This document shows positions 35,884 through 37,305 of a DNA stretch of 37,305 bases, in pieces. A program made the position numbers and the translations under genes. Where the stretch lies: NCBI GenBank assembly GCA_903821905.1, contig CAIJMQ010000018.1, positions 1 to 37,305 on the forward strand, written 5' to 3'. The notes beneath the pieces are model-generated. The model saw only the letters and a list, made by a program, of their open reading frames with translations, was not told the origin of the DNA and did not search any database. Each line of letters starts with the position of its first letter. Within the stretch, counting starts at the first letter, position 1. The stretch is from an uncultured bacterium. GTDB taxonomy: Bacteria > CAIJMQ01.

Positions 35884-36779
35884 ATCAGATTGGCTAATTG
35901 TAGTGACTTCAAGCCATCTGTTCCGCTAACTTTCGGTGCCCTGTTATTTTTTATGCAGTCAAGAAAATCTCTGATTTCTTCTTTTAAGGGTTCTTTCTTC
36001 TCTATAGGAACAGACGCCTTTTTAACAGTATTGTTTTCTCCCTTTTCAAGTATATCTATGGTTTGATTAACATAGTCAAGGGAGATATAAGAAGTTGGCT
36101 GAAATACTCTAATTTTTCTCAAAACCTTTTCGCTAACCCTCGATGTTGTTATATTTGCTACACAACCTGAAGAAAAATAGATTCTTGCATTAACAATATC
36201 ACTTGTTTTGGAAAGCACTTTTACACCAAAAGCATCTACCGATTTTATCGGGGAATTAACGAGATTCAAAATTATATCCAAATCGTGAATCATTACTTCC
36301 ATTACTACATTTGTTTCTGTGCCTCTGCCGGGATAAGGTCCTACCCTATGGCATTCGATGAAACGGGGATTGGAAACTATTTCGTACAGTTTTACAACTG
36401 CCGGATTATATCTTTCTACGTGTCCAACCTGAAGAACTAATTTATTGTTTTCTGCCTTCTCAATGAGTTTTGAAACTTCTATCTCGTCTGAAGTAACTAC
36501 TTTTTCAACAAGTACGTTTACACCGTTCATCAAGAAATCTCGAGCTATGGGGTAATGAAATTTAGTGGGGGTAGCTATGCTCACGCCATCTACTTTACCA
36601 ATTAGTTCGTGATAATCTTTATAAGCTTTTGTATTAAACTCCGTAGCTACTTTATCTCTTCGCTCTTTTGAGGCATCACACACTCCTACGAGATTGACAT
36701 CTTCAAAATTAGAATAAACTTTTGCATGCTTTTCTCCCATATAACCTACGCCAATAACAGCGACATGCATTGTTTTCAT
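35856..36779 (-). CDS. Gfo/Idh/MocA oxidoreductase (GnnA-like UDP-GlcNAc 3-dehydrogenase candidate)
   Basis: GVGYMG Rossmann fold, LVEK, QVGHVERYNPA, MIHDLD, SRVS; follows lpxI. Confidence 0.85.
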   Translation of the reverse strand: MKTMHVAVIGVGYMGEKHAKVYSNFEDVNLVGVCDASKERRDKVATEFNTKAYKDYHELIGKVDGVSIATPTKFHYPIARDFLMNGVNVLVEKVVTSDEIEVSKLIEKAENNKLVLQVGHVERYNPAVVKLYEIVSNPRFIECHRVGPYPGRGTETNVVMEVMIHDLDIILNLVNSPIKSVDAFGVKVLSKTSDIVNARIYFSSGCVANITTSRVSEKVLRKIRVFQPTSYISLDYVNQTIDILEKGENNTVKKASVPIEKKEPLKEEIRDFLDCIKNNRAPKVSGTDGLKSLQLANLICKKIETSA

Positions 36780-36811
36780 AATAAATTAAAGATTGGATTG
36801 TTATCTTTTTA

Positions 36812-37168
36812 TTAAATCCCTATTAGTGCAATATTGTGGGTATTACATTTTTTTATGAGGGATTTTTTTTCAAGGACTATGGTCTTTCCGGCTTCAAAAG
36901 CAATAGCAGCAATACCCACCTGAGATGCAACTTTTAAGGTTTCTAAGCCTACAACAGGTGGATGATCGAACCTTGAATCCTGGTTGTATCTTGCCACTTT
37001 TACCACAACTGCTCCTTTACCTGCCAATTTACCTCCTCGCAGTATAGTGGGATCTGTACCTTCTATGGATTCTACCGCGAAAATCATTCCTTCCTTTACA
37101 ACTACCGTATGACCTATATCAAGATGAGCAATATTCTTTGCAATCTCCCATCCTAAGTTTATATCAAT
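36812..37168 (-). pseudogene. lpxI: UDP-2,3-diacylglucosamine diphosphatase LpxI, C-terminal part only (5' truncated)
   Basis: The frame extends upstream of the ORF-track start: IDINLGWEIAKNIAHLDIGHTVVVKEGMIFAVESIEGTD..QDSRFD.P.VG..T. In-frame TGA at 37187-37189, no N-terminal domain. Confidence 0.8.
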
Positions 37169-37180
37169 GTTTGGGAGAGT

Positions 37181-37270
37181 ATGTCGTCAGTAAAAAAGAA
37201 GCGTCGCGCCAAAATCGCTCGTCATAAACGCAAAAAACGTCGACGTCGCGATCGTCACAAGAAAAAATAG
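37181..37270 (+). CDS. 29-aa highly basic peptide, bS22/AURKAIP1-COX24 (mS38)-like small ribosomal protein
   Basis: Read manually: MSSVKKKRRAKIARHKRKKRRRRDRHKKK with GGGAGAG RBS; the M-x-S-V-x-K-K-R-R-x-K start resembles bS22. Confidence 0.75.
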   Translation: MSSVKKKRRAKIARHKRKKRRRRDRHKKK

Positions 37271-37305
37271 TCGGCTCAATCGATTATCATGTGGGAATAT
37301 CCTCA

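Noticed and set aside
37181-37270. Basic peptide as substrate of the PqqD/ABC module
   Set aside because: It is on the opposite strand beyond a probable chimeric junction and is better explained as a bS22-like protein.

Overview
A low-GC, gene-dense bacterial chromosomal fragment using the standard genetic code. It probably comes from a diderm anaerobe: it carries an lpxI fragment, pyruvate formate-lyase and a minimal SufBC/SMS Fe-S system, and a DUF1559-style prepilin gene suggests PVC-superphylum affinity (inference). In order, the window holds: a partial prepilin gene, an anti-sigma factor and an ECF sigma; pyrC-pyrB-pyrR; tRNA-Asn; a degenerate YchF-like protein; a TM-helix channel-like gene and mscL; a ZMP/ZTP riboswitch with pflB-pflA; a GH94 phosphorylase; a beta-CASP nuclease, purE and recX; an ArsB/NhaD permease, ROK kinase and hxlB-like gene; a multi-PAS diguanylate cyclase; a GT2, a zapB-like gene, pheT and an HTH-HNH nuclease; smsB/smsC; a membrane protein bracketed by a duplicated promoter-like repeat; rsgA, a GlpM-like gene and a DEAD-box helicase; tRNA-Ser; and a tightly coupled operon (Gfo/Idh/MocA, tandem-domain Cys/His protein, stand-alone PqqD/RRE, minimal FtsX-type permease, ABC ATPase, GAF-GGDEF). 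This PqqD/ABC module has no visible RiPP enzyme or precursor and is the best candidate for an undescribed system. The right end shows lpxI truncated by an unrelated segment encoding a 29-aa bS22/AURKAIP1-like basic peptide. No CRISPR array, integrase or transposase was seen. All calls are by eye; no searches were run.
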